Shown in pieces: positions 25,349 to 32,000 of a stretch of DNA of 32,000 nt (its first letter is position 1; each line of letters opens with the position of its first letter). The stretch spans positions 93,012 through 125,011 of the forward strand of contig CAZNZM010000002.1 in NCBI GenBank assembly GCA_964577555.1. Reading direction: 5' to 3'. A program made the translations under genes and the position numbers. This DNA comes from an uncultured archaeon. GTDB taxonomy: Archaea; Iainarchaeota; Iainarchaeia; Iainarchaeales; Iainarchaeaceae. The notes below the pieces were generated by a model. The model ran no database searches. It was not told the origin of the DNA and was given only the letters and a program-made list of their open reading frames with translations.

Positions 25349-26260
25349 TTATTTTTGTTTTTCTTTGTTCCAAAGGTCAACTAGTGTTTTGTAATTTTGC
25401 GCCACTTGTTTTGCCGCTTCTTCTCTTGTAATTTTTCCTTCGTTAAGCAATTTCATTGGTTCCCAAAAAACTGTTCTTCCTACTGCGAATCCTATTATGC
25501 CTTTTACTTTTGCACCTACTTTGAGCCATTCTTTTACTTTTTCTGGGTCTTCCCCTCTGCCAAGTGTTATTATTCCTGAATTTCTACCGTTGCTTTTGGC
25601 TTGCTTTACTAATTTTTTTGAGTCTTCGATTTTTTCTACTCCTTCAAGTTTCCAAATGTCAGGTTCAACTCCTGAGTTTTGTATTTCTTTCATTGCTTTT
25701 ACCATCAATTTTGGTCTTGTTTCGGCGTCATATTTTGCTTTGTCGTTGCCAACTTTTTTTAATTGTTCTTCTGTTGCTGGCACTAATAGTTCAAACATGA
25801 ATTTTTTTTGTATTTCGTGCGCAAAATCAGAAATTTGTTTGAGTCTTTGAAGTTGTCTTTTGTTGAGTTCTTTATCTCCTTCTGGATTGTATCTTACTAA
25901 TACTTTTACAATTGTTGGGTCAACTCTTTTGACATGGCTTTTGAAGTCAGGGTGTTCAAAGTCGAATTCGTCTTGTCCGGATTTTTCAACAGGCATTGCA
26001 GTCATGAATCCTTTTTCTTTTGCGTCTTTGAGTATTTTTGCTCCGAATTCTTCATCAACTAATATTGCTGCTGTTTCTTTCGGTACTCCCATTTTTATGC
26101 TTTCAAGAAATCCTTCATAAACCATTTGTTTAAGCAATGAGTATTTTTCTGCTTCTTCTTTTGTTGGTTTTCTCCCTTCTATTCCAAAAAGCTTTTTCAA
26201 AAGCGAACCTCTGTGGTCAAATGGCAATACAAGCAAGTCTTTTTCATATCCGATTTCCAT
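25349..26260 (-). CDS. Putative class I (Schiff-base) sugar-bisphosphate aldolase, LacD / DUF2090-like TIM barrel
   Basis: 303 aa. LLVLPFDHRGSL resembles the LacD ALAFDQRGAL motif. VKVLVRYNP and DIWKLEGVE resemble the LacD LKVE Lys region. Confidence 0.65.
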   Translation of the reverse strand: MEIGYEKDLLVLPFDHRGSLLKKLFGIEGRKPTKEEAEKYSLLKQMVYEGFLESIKMGVPKETAAILVDEEFGAKILKDAKEKGFMTAMPVEKSGQDEFDFEHPDFKSHVKRVDPTIVKVLVRYNPEGDKELNKRQLQRLKQISDFAHEIQKKFMFELLVPATEEQLKKVGNDKAKYDAETRPKLMVKAMKEIQNSGVEPDIWKLEGVEKIEDSKKLVKQAKSNGRNSGIITLGRGEDPEKVKEWLKVGAKVKGIIGFAVGRTVFWEPMKLLNEGKITREEAAKQVAQNYKTLVDLWNKEKQK

Positions 26261-26346
26261 AAGTTACCGCTCCTTTAAAAGTTTTATTAAAAGTGTTTGA
26301 TTAGGTTCTTCTTAAATTGTTTTTGTTTGTGCTATTTTTTGTAATT

Positions 26347-27033
26347 ATGGTTTATGGTGTGCTTTTTTCCGGTGGAAAGGATTCTACTTATACTATTTAT
26401 GCTGCATTGAAAAGAAACTATTCTGTAAATTGTCTTATAACTATGCGTTCAGAAAACAAGGCTAGTTATATGTTTCATACTGCGGCAATAGATGTTACCA
26501 AGCTTCAGGCTGAAGCCATTGGCTTGCCTATAATGTATTATAATACAAATGGGGTTAAGGAGCATGAGCTTGAAGATCTTGAAAGCGCGTTAAGAATCGC
26601 AAAGAAAGAATATGGTATTGATGGTGTTGGTGTTGGTGCTTTAGCCTCTGAATATCAACGCAAAAGAGTCAAAGACATTTGTGATAGTATAGGTGTTAAA
26701 ATGTTTGCACCTATTTGGCAAAGAGATCAGGAATCTTATTTAAAAGAGCTTGTTTTTGAGGGTTTTAACGTAATATTTGTTGGGGTTGGGGCTCAAGGGT
26801 TGGATAAAAGTTGGCTTGGCAGAAAATTGGATTTTGCAGCCATATCTGATTTGGTTTCGCTTAATAAAAAGAATGGTTTGCATATTGGCGGAGAAGGTGG
26901 GGAGTATGAAACTCTTGTATTGGATTGTCCGATTTTCAAAAAAAGAATTTTGATTTCTAATTCGGTTCCAAAAATGGATTCTGATAATTCAGGAAGGCTT
27001 GAAATTGTTTCTGCAAGGCTTGAAGAAAAATGA
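26347..27033 (+). CDS. dph6: Diphthine-ammonia ligase (Dph6 / MJ0570-like N-type ATP pyrophosphatase)
   Basis: LFSGGKDST PP-loop, SYMFHT, GALASEYQRKRV and GEGGEYETLVLDCP. I use ATG 26347 rather than the ORF-track start at 26317. Confidence 0.88.
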   Translation: MVYGVLFSGGKDSTYTIYAALKRNYSVNCLITMRSENKASYMFHTAAIDVTKLQAEAIGLPIMYYNTNGVKEHELEDLESALRIAKKEYGIDGVGVGALASEYQRKRVKDICDSIGVKMFAPIWQRDQESYLKELVFEGFNVIFVGVGAQGLDKSWLGRKLDFAAISDLVSLNKKNGLHIGGEGGEYETLVLDCPIFKKRILISNSVPKMDSDNSGRLEIVSARLEEK

Positions 27034-27060
27034 TTTTTTTTATGGTGTTTTTTTGTGTCT

Positions 27061-28008
27061 TTAAGTTTTGCATTCACCGTTGGTTGGTTGGCTGATTACT
27101 TTAATATTTGTAGCATATACTTCGGCATTTTCTGTTTCTATTCCTTTTTCTCTCCATTTTGAGGCGCATTCGTATCCGAATTCACAGCCTTCGCATTCAT
27201 AATAGGTTTTGCATATTCCTTCTTCTAAAATTGTTTTTCCTTTTTTTGTTGCTGTGCATTTTGTGTTTGTTGATTGTTCTACGAATATTTCTTTTTCCCA
27301 TTCTGCAATTCCAGCGTCTTCAGAGTTTGCAATTATTTTAACAATGTAGTTGCCTGCTTTTGCCAGGATTATTTGTCTTGCAATTGTGTATTTTTCATTA
27401 GGATTTATTTCGTTTATTTCTCCTAAAATATTCTGGGCTAGTATTTCTTTTTTTTCTTCACCTTCTTTTATTATAAAATAAAACAATATTTCGTAATTTA
27501 ATTTTGCCGCTGTTATTTTTCCGTTGTTTGCCAATTCAAAACTGAATTTTATTGTTTCTTTTTGTTTTGCATTGTTTGGTATTATTACGTTTTGTATTTC
27601 TATGTTTGCAGGTTTGTCGCCAAAGTAAACCGTGCAGTCATCAATTATTTGCGTTCCTCCAAGTTTTAGGGGTTTGCATCTGAAATGTGCCATTGTTGAA
27701 AAAGTGGTTTTTGCATTTATGTTTTTTGGCTCAATTTTTATTTTTTGGCCGCTGCATGTTTGAAAGTCTGAGCATTCAAATCTTATATTAATTATGGGTG
27801 TTTCCATATTTTTGGCTTTTAGCGAAAACCCTTCTTTGAAGTAAATTTCTTTTGAATATAATTTTCCAATATTGCCGTGTGCTAAATCAATGCCTTTTTT
27901 TATTTCTTTTTCCGTTTCTGTATGTGGCATAATGAAAATGTTATAGATTATGAATATTATTGTCGCTGTTGCAATCCCGTAAATAAGTAATTTTAGCGGC
28001 GAATCCAT
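27061..28008 (-). CDS. Membrane-anchored surface protein with a CARDB-like beta-sandwich region and a Cys-rich C-terminus
   Basis: N-terminal TM LLIYGIATATIIFIIYNIFI. Segment IEIQNVIIPNNAKQKETIKFSFELANNG...AGNYIVKIIANS resembles CARDB. C-terminus CTATKKG..GICKTYYECEGCEFGYEC...GEC. Confidence 0.5.
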   Translation of the reverse strand: MDSPLKLLIYGIATATIIFIIYNIFIMPHTETEKEIKKGIDLAHGNIGKLYSKEIYFKEGFSLKAKNMETPIINIRFECSDFQTCSGQKIKIEPKNINAKTTFSTMAHFRCKPLKLGGTQIIDDCTVYFGDKPANIEIQNVIIPNNAKQKETIKFSFELANNGKITAAKLNYEILFYFIIKEGEEKKEILAQNILGEINEINPNEKYTIARQIILAKAGNYIVKIIANSEDAGIAEWEKEIFVEQSTNTKCTATKKGKTILEEGICKTYYECEGCEFGYECASKWREKGIETENAEVYATNIKVISQPTNGECKT

Positions 28009-28250
28009 TTTGGTTTCCTTCTTTCAGGTTTAAGCACTTCCCTGACTTCCCATTTCCAAAGGGTTTCTATGATGAATGTAATTCCGAATGTTATAATGAT
28101 TATTGTTATGATTGTTCCGTAGTCTCCGACAAAAAACAAGTATCCTTGTTCTTTTTGAGCCCATAGTTTGAATAGTAAAATGAAAAATATAGTCATTAGA
28201 AAGCCAAGTGTTAATTTCACTGCTTTTTCTATGAGAATTAATATTTGCAT
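27993..28250 (-). CDS. Small two-TM membrane protein, 16-nt overlap with the downstream surface-protein gene
   Basis: 85 aa with two hydrophobic helices and a basic tail. TATA-like box about 25 nt upstream. Confidence 0.4.
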   Translation of the reverse strand: MQILILIEKAVKLTLGFLMTIFFILLFKLWAQKEQGYLFFVGDYGTIITIIIITFGITFIIETLWKWEVREVLKPERRKPKWIRR

Positions 28251-28261
28251 ATATAAATTTT

Positions 28262-28812
28262 ATTTTTTGGTATTTAAAAGTCGTTTGTTTAAGTTTTTTA
28301 TGGGTTTTTTTTTGCTTTTTTTGTTATTTTTTTTAGCCATTATTTTTAGAGGGTTTTTTTTGGGGTTGTTTTTTTAATTTTGTTTTTTTTGTCTTTGTTT
28401 TTTTTGTTGTTTGCTTTTTAAGTCAATTTATTTTTTAGATGTTTTTTTAATCATTTTTTTGGGTATTTTTTTTATTTTTTTTAATTGTTTTTTTTGGCGA
28501 GCCGTTTTTTTTGTTATTTTTTTTTGTTTGTTTTTGCAAGCCTTTTTTTTGTTTTTTTTGTGGCTTGGTTTTTTTTGTTTGAAATTTTGTTTTTTTGCAA
28601 GCCAATTTTTTTTGTCATTTTTTTTTGAATTATTTTTTTGTTTTTTTTTGTTGTTTTTTTTGTCGAGCCAATTTTTTTGTTATTATTTTTTTTGTTTTTT
28701 TTAATTGAATTTTGTTTTTTTGTAAGTCATTTTTTTCTTATTTTTTTTGGTTGTTTTTTTTGTGTTTTTGTTTTTGTGAGCCGTTTTTTTTAGTATTTTT
28801 TTTATTGTTTTG
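28262..28812 (+). repeat. Intergenic T-tract / GCRAGCCR repeat array D (largest)
   Basis: Cores TTAGCCA 28333, GGCGAGCCG 28496, GCAAGCC 28536, GCAAGCCA 28597, GTCGAGCCA 28662, GTAAGTCA 28722, GTGAGCCG 28776, each followed by T7-T9. Contains copies of modules seen in arrays A, B and C. Confidence 0.75.
28271..28280 (-). promoter_or_regulatory. Candidate TATA box (minus strand CTTTTAAATA) about 25 nt upstream of ATG 28250; possible leaderless transcript
   Basis: Position relative to the start codon fits archaeal TATA-to-TSS spacing. Similar TTTAAAAG boxes occur at 10453, 12760 and 26275. Confidence 0.3.
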
Positions 28813-28814
28813 GC

Positions 28815-30668
28815 TTATTGGTTTTCTTCTTCCATTATATTGGTTTTTGTTTGCTTGTTGTACATTTCTATTATTTCTTTTACTGTTGTGCTTTCTTCTG
28901 GTTTTTTTTCTCTGAATTTTATCATTCTTGGAAATCTCAAAGCGTATCCTTGCCCTGTTTTGTCCATTCCACAAGTGTGTAATGGGCTTCTTGTGATTTC
29001 ATCAGCCCTTACTTCTATGACTTGGTTTGGCAGAACCCAGGCATCTGGTTCTATTTTGGAGTCAACTCTTGCTGGTTTTTCTTTTTTTGAGATTTTTTCC
29101 AGTTTTTGTTTGAGTTCTTTGAGCATTTCTTCGCTCATTCCACTCCCTATTTTGCAAATTGATTTGAATGAGTCTGTTTCTTCATCATATACTGCTGTCA
29201 AAAGTCCGCCAAGCCCGAATTCTGTTCTTTTTCCTTTTCCTTTAAAATAGCCTATTATTGTAACATCAACCGAATCGGATAGTTCTCCTTTGTAGCTTCT
29301 TTTTAGTTTTATCCATGCGAATTTTCTGGCTCCTGCAATGTATGGTGCGTTTAAGTCTTTTGCAATTATTCCTTCAAGCCCGTTTTCAATGTTTTCAAGG
29401 AAGAATTCTTCTATTTTTTTAGGGTCGTCGGTTATGATGCTTTTTGTTAGTTGTATGGTTTCTCCTTTTCCAATGATTTTTGACAATAGTTCTCTGCGTT
29501 TGCTGAATTTTTCGTTCATTATGTTTTTACCGTCAATGTACATTGCATCAAATGCAAATACTTTTAATGGAAATTCTTCTGCCATTTTTCCAATTTCGTA
29601 TTTTCTTTTTCTTTGCATTGTCACTTGAAATGGAAAGTATTGTTGCGTTTCTTCATTGTATGCTAATGCTTCGCCTTCAAATATTGCTGATTTTGCTTTG
29701 ATTTGTTCTTTTATTGCTTCTACTATTTCAGGAAACATTTCTGTCATGTTTTCAGATTGCCTTGAAAAAATTACTACTTTGTCCTGGTCTTTGTGGCATT
29801 GCAGTCTTAATCCGTCGTATTTTGCTTCAACAGCACATTTTCCTATTTTGTTTATGATTTCTTCTGATGAAGGGAGTCTTTCTGCAAGAGTTGGCCTTAT
29901 TGGAGTTCCAGGCTGTATATTGATTTCTTCTAGCCCTTTGAGGCCTTTTTCTTTTAGTTTTTTTGCTATTTCTCCCAAGTCTGAAAATATGTTGTATTTT
30001 TCTTCTATGTATTGCCTTAATTTTTGTTTTGCCTTTCTTTCAAATTCCTCTTTTCTTTTTTCGTCTTTTTTTTCTTTTAATTCTGATTCTATTTCGTTTT
30101 TCGTTTTTTCGTTTTTTAGGAATTCGTCAAGATAATTTATTGCCAGAGAATCCATTATTGTTGGGTCTCCAATACCTAATCTTAGATTTCCCAATGGTAA
30201 TCTTGCAATGTATTTTGCTTCTATGGGGGTTGCGCTGTTTAGGAGCTCTGCAAATGTTCTTAGTTTTATTTCTTGGCTTCCTTTTCCTTCCGTTTCTGCG
30301 ATTTTCACTAGGTTTGAGAAAACTTTGTTTGGTGTGAGTTTTTCTGTGAAAAAAGATTTTTGTTTTCTTGTTTTTGCAAGTTTTTCTGCAACGCTTCCAA
30401 GGTCGCCCATTTCTTTGTAGAGTTTTGTTATTTCTTCTCTTGTGAATCCTGTTGCGTTTGCTATTCCTTGTTCTAATAAACCTTCGCCTATTCCAGATTC
30501 AAGGCTTGCGTGTTTTGGGCCTAAAGCACCTTGTGAGAAATATACTATTTGTTTTGCTTCGTTTTCGTTAGCTTTTGCAATTAGTTCTGCCAATATTTTT
30601 GTCATTTCAATTCTTGAATTTGTGTTTTCTATTTTATTGAATTGTTCTGCGATTTCCAAAAAAAGCAT
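28815..30668 (-). CDS. lig: ATP-dependent DNA ligase (archaeal Lig1-type)
   Basis: 617 aa. Adenylation motif I AVEAKYDGLRLQ (Lys283), EGIIAKDL and WIKLKRSY, plus a C-terminal OB-fold region. Confidence 0.93.
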   Translation of the reverse strand: MLFLEIAEQFNKIENTNSRIEMTKILAELIAKANENEAKQIVYFSQGALGPKHASLESGIGEGLLEQGIANATGFTREEITKLYKEMGDLGSVAEKLAKTRKQKSFFTEKLTPNKVFSNLVKIAETEGKGSQEIKLRTFAELLNSATPIEAKYIARLPLGNLRLGIGDPTIMDSLAINYLDEFLKNEKTKNEIESELKEKKDEKRKEEFERKAKQKLRQYIEEKYNIFSDLGEIAKKLKEKGLKGLEEINIQPGTPIRPTLAERLPSSEEIINKIGKCAVEAKYDGLRLQCHKDQDKVVIFSRQSENMTEMFPEIVEAIKEQIKAKSAIFEGEALAYNEETQQYFPFQVTMQRKRKYEIGKMAEEFPLKVFAFDAMYIDGKNIMNEKFSKRRELLSKIIGKGETIQLTKSIITDDPKKIEEFFLENIENGLEGIIAKDLNAPYIAGARKFAWIKLKRSYKGELSDSVDVTIIGYFKGKGKRTEFGLGGLLTAVYDEETDSFKSICKIGSGMSEEMLKELKQKLEKISKKEKPARVDSKIEPDAWVLPNQVIEVRADEITRSPLHTCGMDKTGQGYALRFPRMIKFREKKPEESTTVKEIIEMYNKQTKTNIMEEENQ

Positions 30669-30746
30669 AAATGATTTATATGCTGTGTTGAATTAAATTT
30701 AATGTTTTTGCAGGTTTTATGGTTTTATCGTTTTTTATAATTTTGT

Positions 30747-31130
30747 TTACACCCAAGAGAAAATTACTTTGTTTATGTCCTTGTTTTTTATTAGGGTGTT
30801 TCGCATGTTTATTATTTCTTCTGATTTGCCATGTAAGATAAAATTGTCTATGCATTTGTTTTCGTTTATGCATGAATGATTTTGCCCGATTATTATTTTG
30901 TTGAATTTGTGTTTTGTTTCAGAGATGAATTTTTCTGTTTTCCGCGGGTGTATTGTTGATATTGTTGCGTTAGCAATTCCTTTTATGGAATTTTCTTTGT
31001 TGATTTTTTCAAGGGCTATATTTATTGCTGCTCTAATTGCTTCTGAGTTGTTTGCGTGGCCCATTGCATTTTTGATTGTTTGAAGTGCATCTATATTTTT
31101 ATCCCCTAAAGAAATGCTGATTATTTTCAT
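30747..31130 (-). CDS. NikR-like metal-responsive regulator (ribbon-helix-helix plus ACT-like domain)
   Basis: IISISLGDKNIDALQTIKNAMGHANNSEAIRAAIN aligns to the NikR RHH region. C-terminal NHSCINENKCIDNFILHGKSEEI aligns to HVH...C-LEVIVVKG of NikR. Confidence 0.7.
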   Translation of the reverse strand: MKIISISLGDKNIDALQTIKNAMGHANNSEAIRAAINIALEKINKENSIKGIANATISTIHPRKTEKFISETKHKFNKIIIGQNHSCINENKCIDNFILHGKSEEIINMRNTLIKNKDINKVIFSWV

Positions 31131-31217
31131 AAAAATCAAATGTTATTTTATTAACAATTAAATTTTTATTATTAATTATTAATAAAATTTTCAAAAATTG
31201 TAATATTAGTGGTTTTT

Positions 31218-31379
31218 ATGGTTGAAGAGATTTTGCATTTTTTAGGCGGTTTTATTTTTGGTGCCGGGGTTTATCAATATTTTTTTGTAAAGCATGGCGA
31301 GAAGGCTAATTTGGTTTTTCTTTTTTTAGCGGGTTTTGTTGGTTGGGTTTTGGTTGAATTTTTTTTGCATGGAGGGTGA
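31218..31379 (+). CDS. Possible small two-TM membrane protein (53 aa; below the ORF-track length cutoff)
   Basis: Hand translation gives MVEEILHFLGGFIFGAGVYQYFFVKHGEKANLVFLFLAGFVGWVLVEFFLHGG*. Its end carries GGAGGGTGA. Confidence 0.3.
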   Translation: MVEEILHFLGGFIFGAGVYQYFFVKHGEKANLVFLFLAGFVGWVLVEFFLHGG

Positions 31380-31653
31380 GGTGTTTTTGGTGTATTTTAA
31401 ATTTTTTTTTATTTTTTTTGTGTTATTGAATTTTCCATTTGTTTATTCTCATGGTTTTCATGGGCCTGAAGGGGTTTCTTTTGAGAATTTGTTTTTTTTG
31501 TTGTCTTTTGGTTCTATAGGAATTGGACTTTATTCGTTGCATTCCGAAATTTCTGGTCATGAATTGAAGTTGCTTGAAATTGGAGCCGCTTTTTTTGGTG
31601 GTTATTATATTATTAGCATTTTTGTTTCTTGGTTAGTTGGGTTGTTTGGTTGA
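31369..31653 (+). CDS. Hypothetical membrane protein with signal-like N-terminus and SHGFHGPEG motif
   Basis: Hydrophobic N- and C-terminal helices. Start is uncertain (ATG 31369, GTG 31381, or ORF-track 31336). Sits immediately upstream of the ZIP transporter. Confidence 0.4.
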   Translation: MEGEVFLVYFKFFFIFFVLLNFPFVYSHGFHGPEGVSFENLFFLLSFGSIGIGLYSLHSEISGHELKLLEIGAAFFGGYYIISIFVSWLVGLFG

Positions 31654-31658
31654 TTTTT

Positions 31659-32000
31659 ATGGATGTATGGTTTTTGGCTTTGTTGAGTACTTTGCTTGTC
31701 AGCATTGTTTCATTTGTTGGAATCGTTATTTTGATTATTAGCAAGAATCTTGTTGATAAACACATTTATTTTTTGGTGGCCTTGTCTGCTGGTGTTCTTT
31801 TAGGCGATGCTTTTTTTCATTTGATGCCTGAAGCTTTGGAGCAAGAAGGAGTAAAGGCTATTAGTGTTTCGCTTGATGTGATTTCAGGTTTTATTTTTAT
31901 GTTAGTATTTGAGCGTTTGATTCATTGGCATCATTGTCATGGGCATGAGCATGATTGTGAAAATTTGAAGTCTTTTGGGTATGTAAATTTGGCTGGTGAT
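31659..32000 (+). CDS. ZIP-family divalent metal transporter (3'-truncated by window edge)
   Basis: Hand translation gives MDVWFLALLS...LSAGVLLGDAFFHLMPEA...HWHHCHGHEHDCEN...VNLAGD, with a His-rich loop and ZIP TM motifs. The frame is open to the window end. Confidence 0.85.
   Translation, partial: MDVWFLALLSTLLVSIVSFVGIVILIISKNLVDKHIYFLVALSAGVLLGDAFFHLMPEALEQEGVKAISVSLDVISGFIFMLVFERLIHWHHCHGHEHDCENLKSFGYVNLAGD

Noticed and set aside
28411-28704. F-rich ORFs inside the T-tract arrays. These are 28168-28377, 28411-28704, 28712-28915, 17979-18203, 12282-12479 and 25066-25431; 5666-5863 is a similar ORF running from the aspS 3' end into its T-rich downstream spacer.
   Set aside because: Their composition (F/L/C/V only) is what T-runs encode. 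They have no motifs and no start context, and they coincide exactly with the repeats.
28262-28812. Possible CRISPR array or MITE cluster
   Set aside because: There are no identical repeats of 23 nt or more with unique spacers. Spacing is irregular (17-165 nt) and no cas genes are present. No terminal inverted repeats or target-site duplications were seen, and no transposase is in the window.
31149-31184. Inverted repeat TATTAA-N24-TTAATA as a NikR-type operator
   Set aside because: The hexamers consist only of A and T in a nearly pure A+T spacer, so a chance occurrence is likely. It needs conservation evidence.

Overview
AT-rich (about one-third GC by eye) archaeal chromosomal segment, probably from a reduced-genome DPANN-type archaeon. 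Archaeal hallmarks: fibrillarin plus Nop5, GatDE, an ATP-dependent DNA ligase, Dph6, and a tRNA with a canonical bulge-helix-bulge intron. All calls rest on my reading of the ORF track and recalled family motifs; no searches were run. The window is dense in translation genes. One co-directional run is glyS-nop5-flpA. A second is a bacterial-type aspS followed by gatC-gatA-(IMPase)-gatB. A third, on the minus strand, is gatD-(DUF2061)-gatE-nnrD. There are also tRNA-Ile(GAU), an intron-containing tRNA-Gln(UUG), a YchF-like GTPase and Dph6. Other content: a class I FBPase convergent with a LacD/DUF2090-like aldolase, a lipoprotein PLD-family nuclease, a rhomboid protease with a large loop insertion, an OPT transporter, and a NikR-like regulator divergent from a ZIP transporter. 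No transposase, integrase, CRISPR array or rRNA was seen. The most unusual signal is non-coding. Four gene-free gaps (about 2.7, 12.4, 18.0 and 28.5 kb) hold arrays of one repeat family: T7-T10 tracts punctuated by GCRAGCCR-type cores, with near-identical 30-90 nt modules shared between arrays. The T-rich strand is always the + strand, whatever the orientation of flanking genes. This sits on a window-wide T>A asymmetry of the + strand that also shapes protein composition. Most minus-strand genes lack an own-strand oligo-T terminator.
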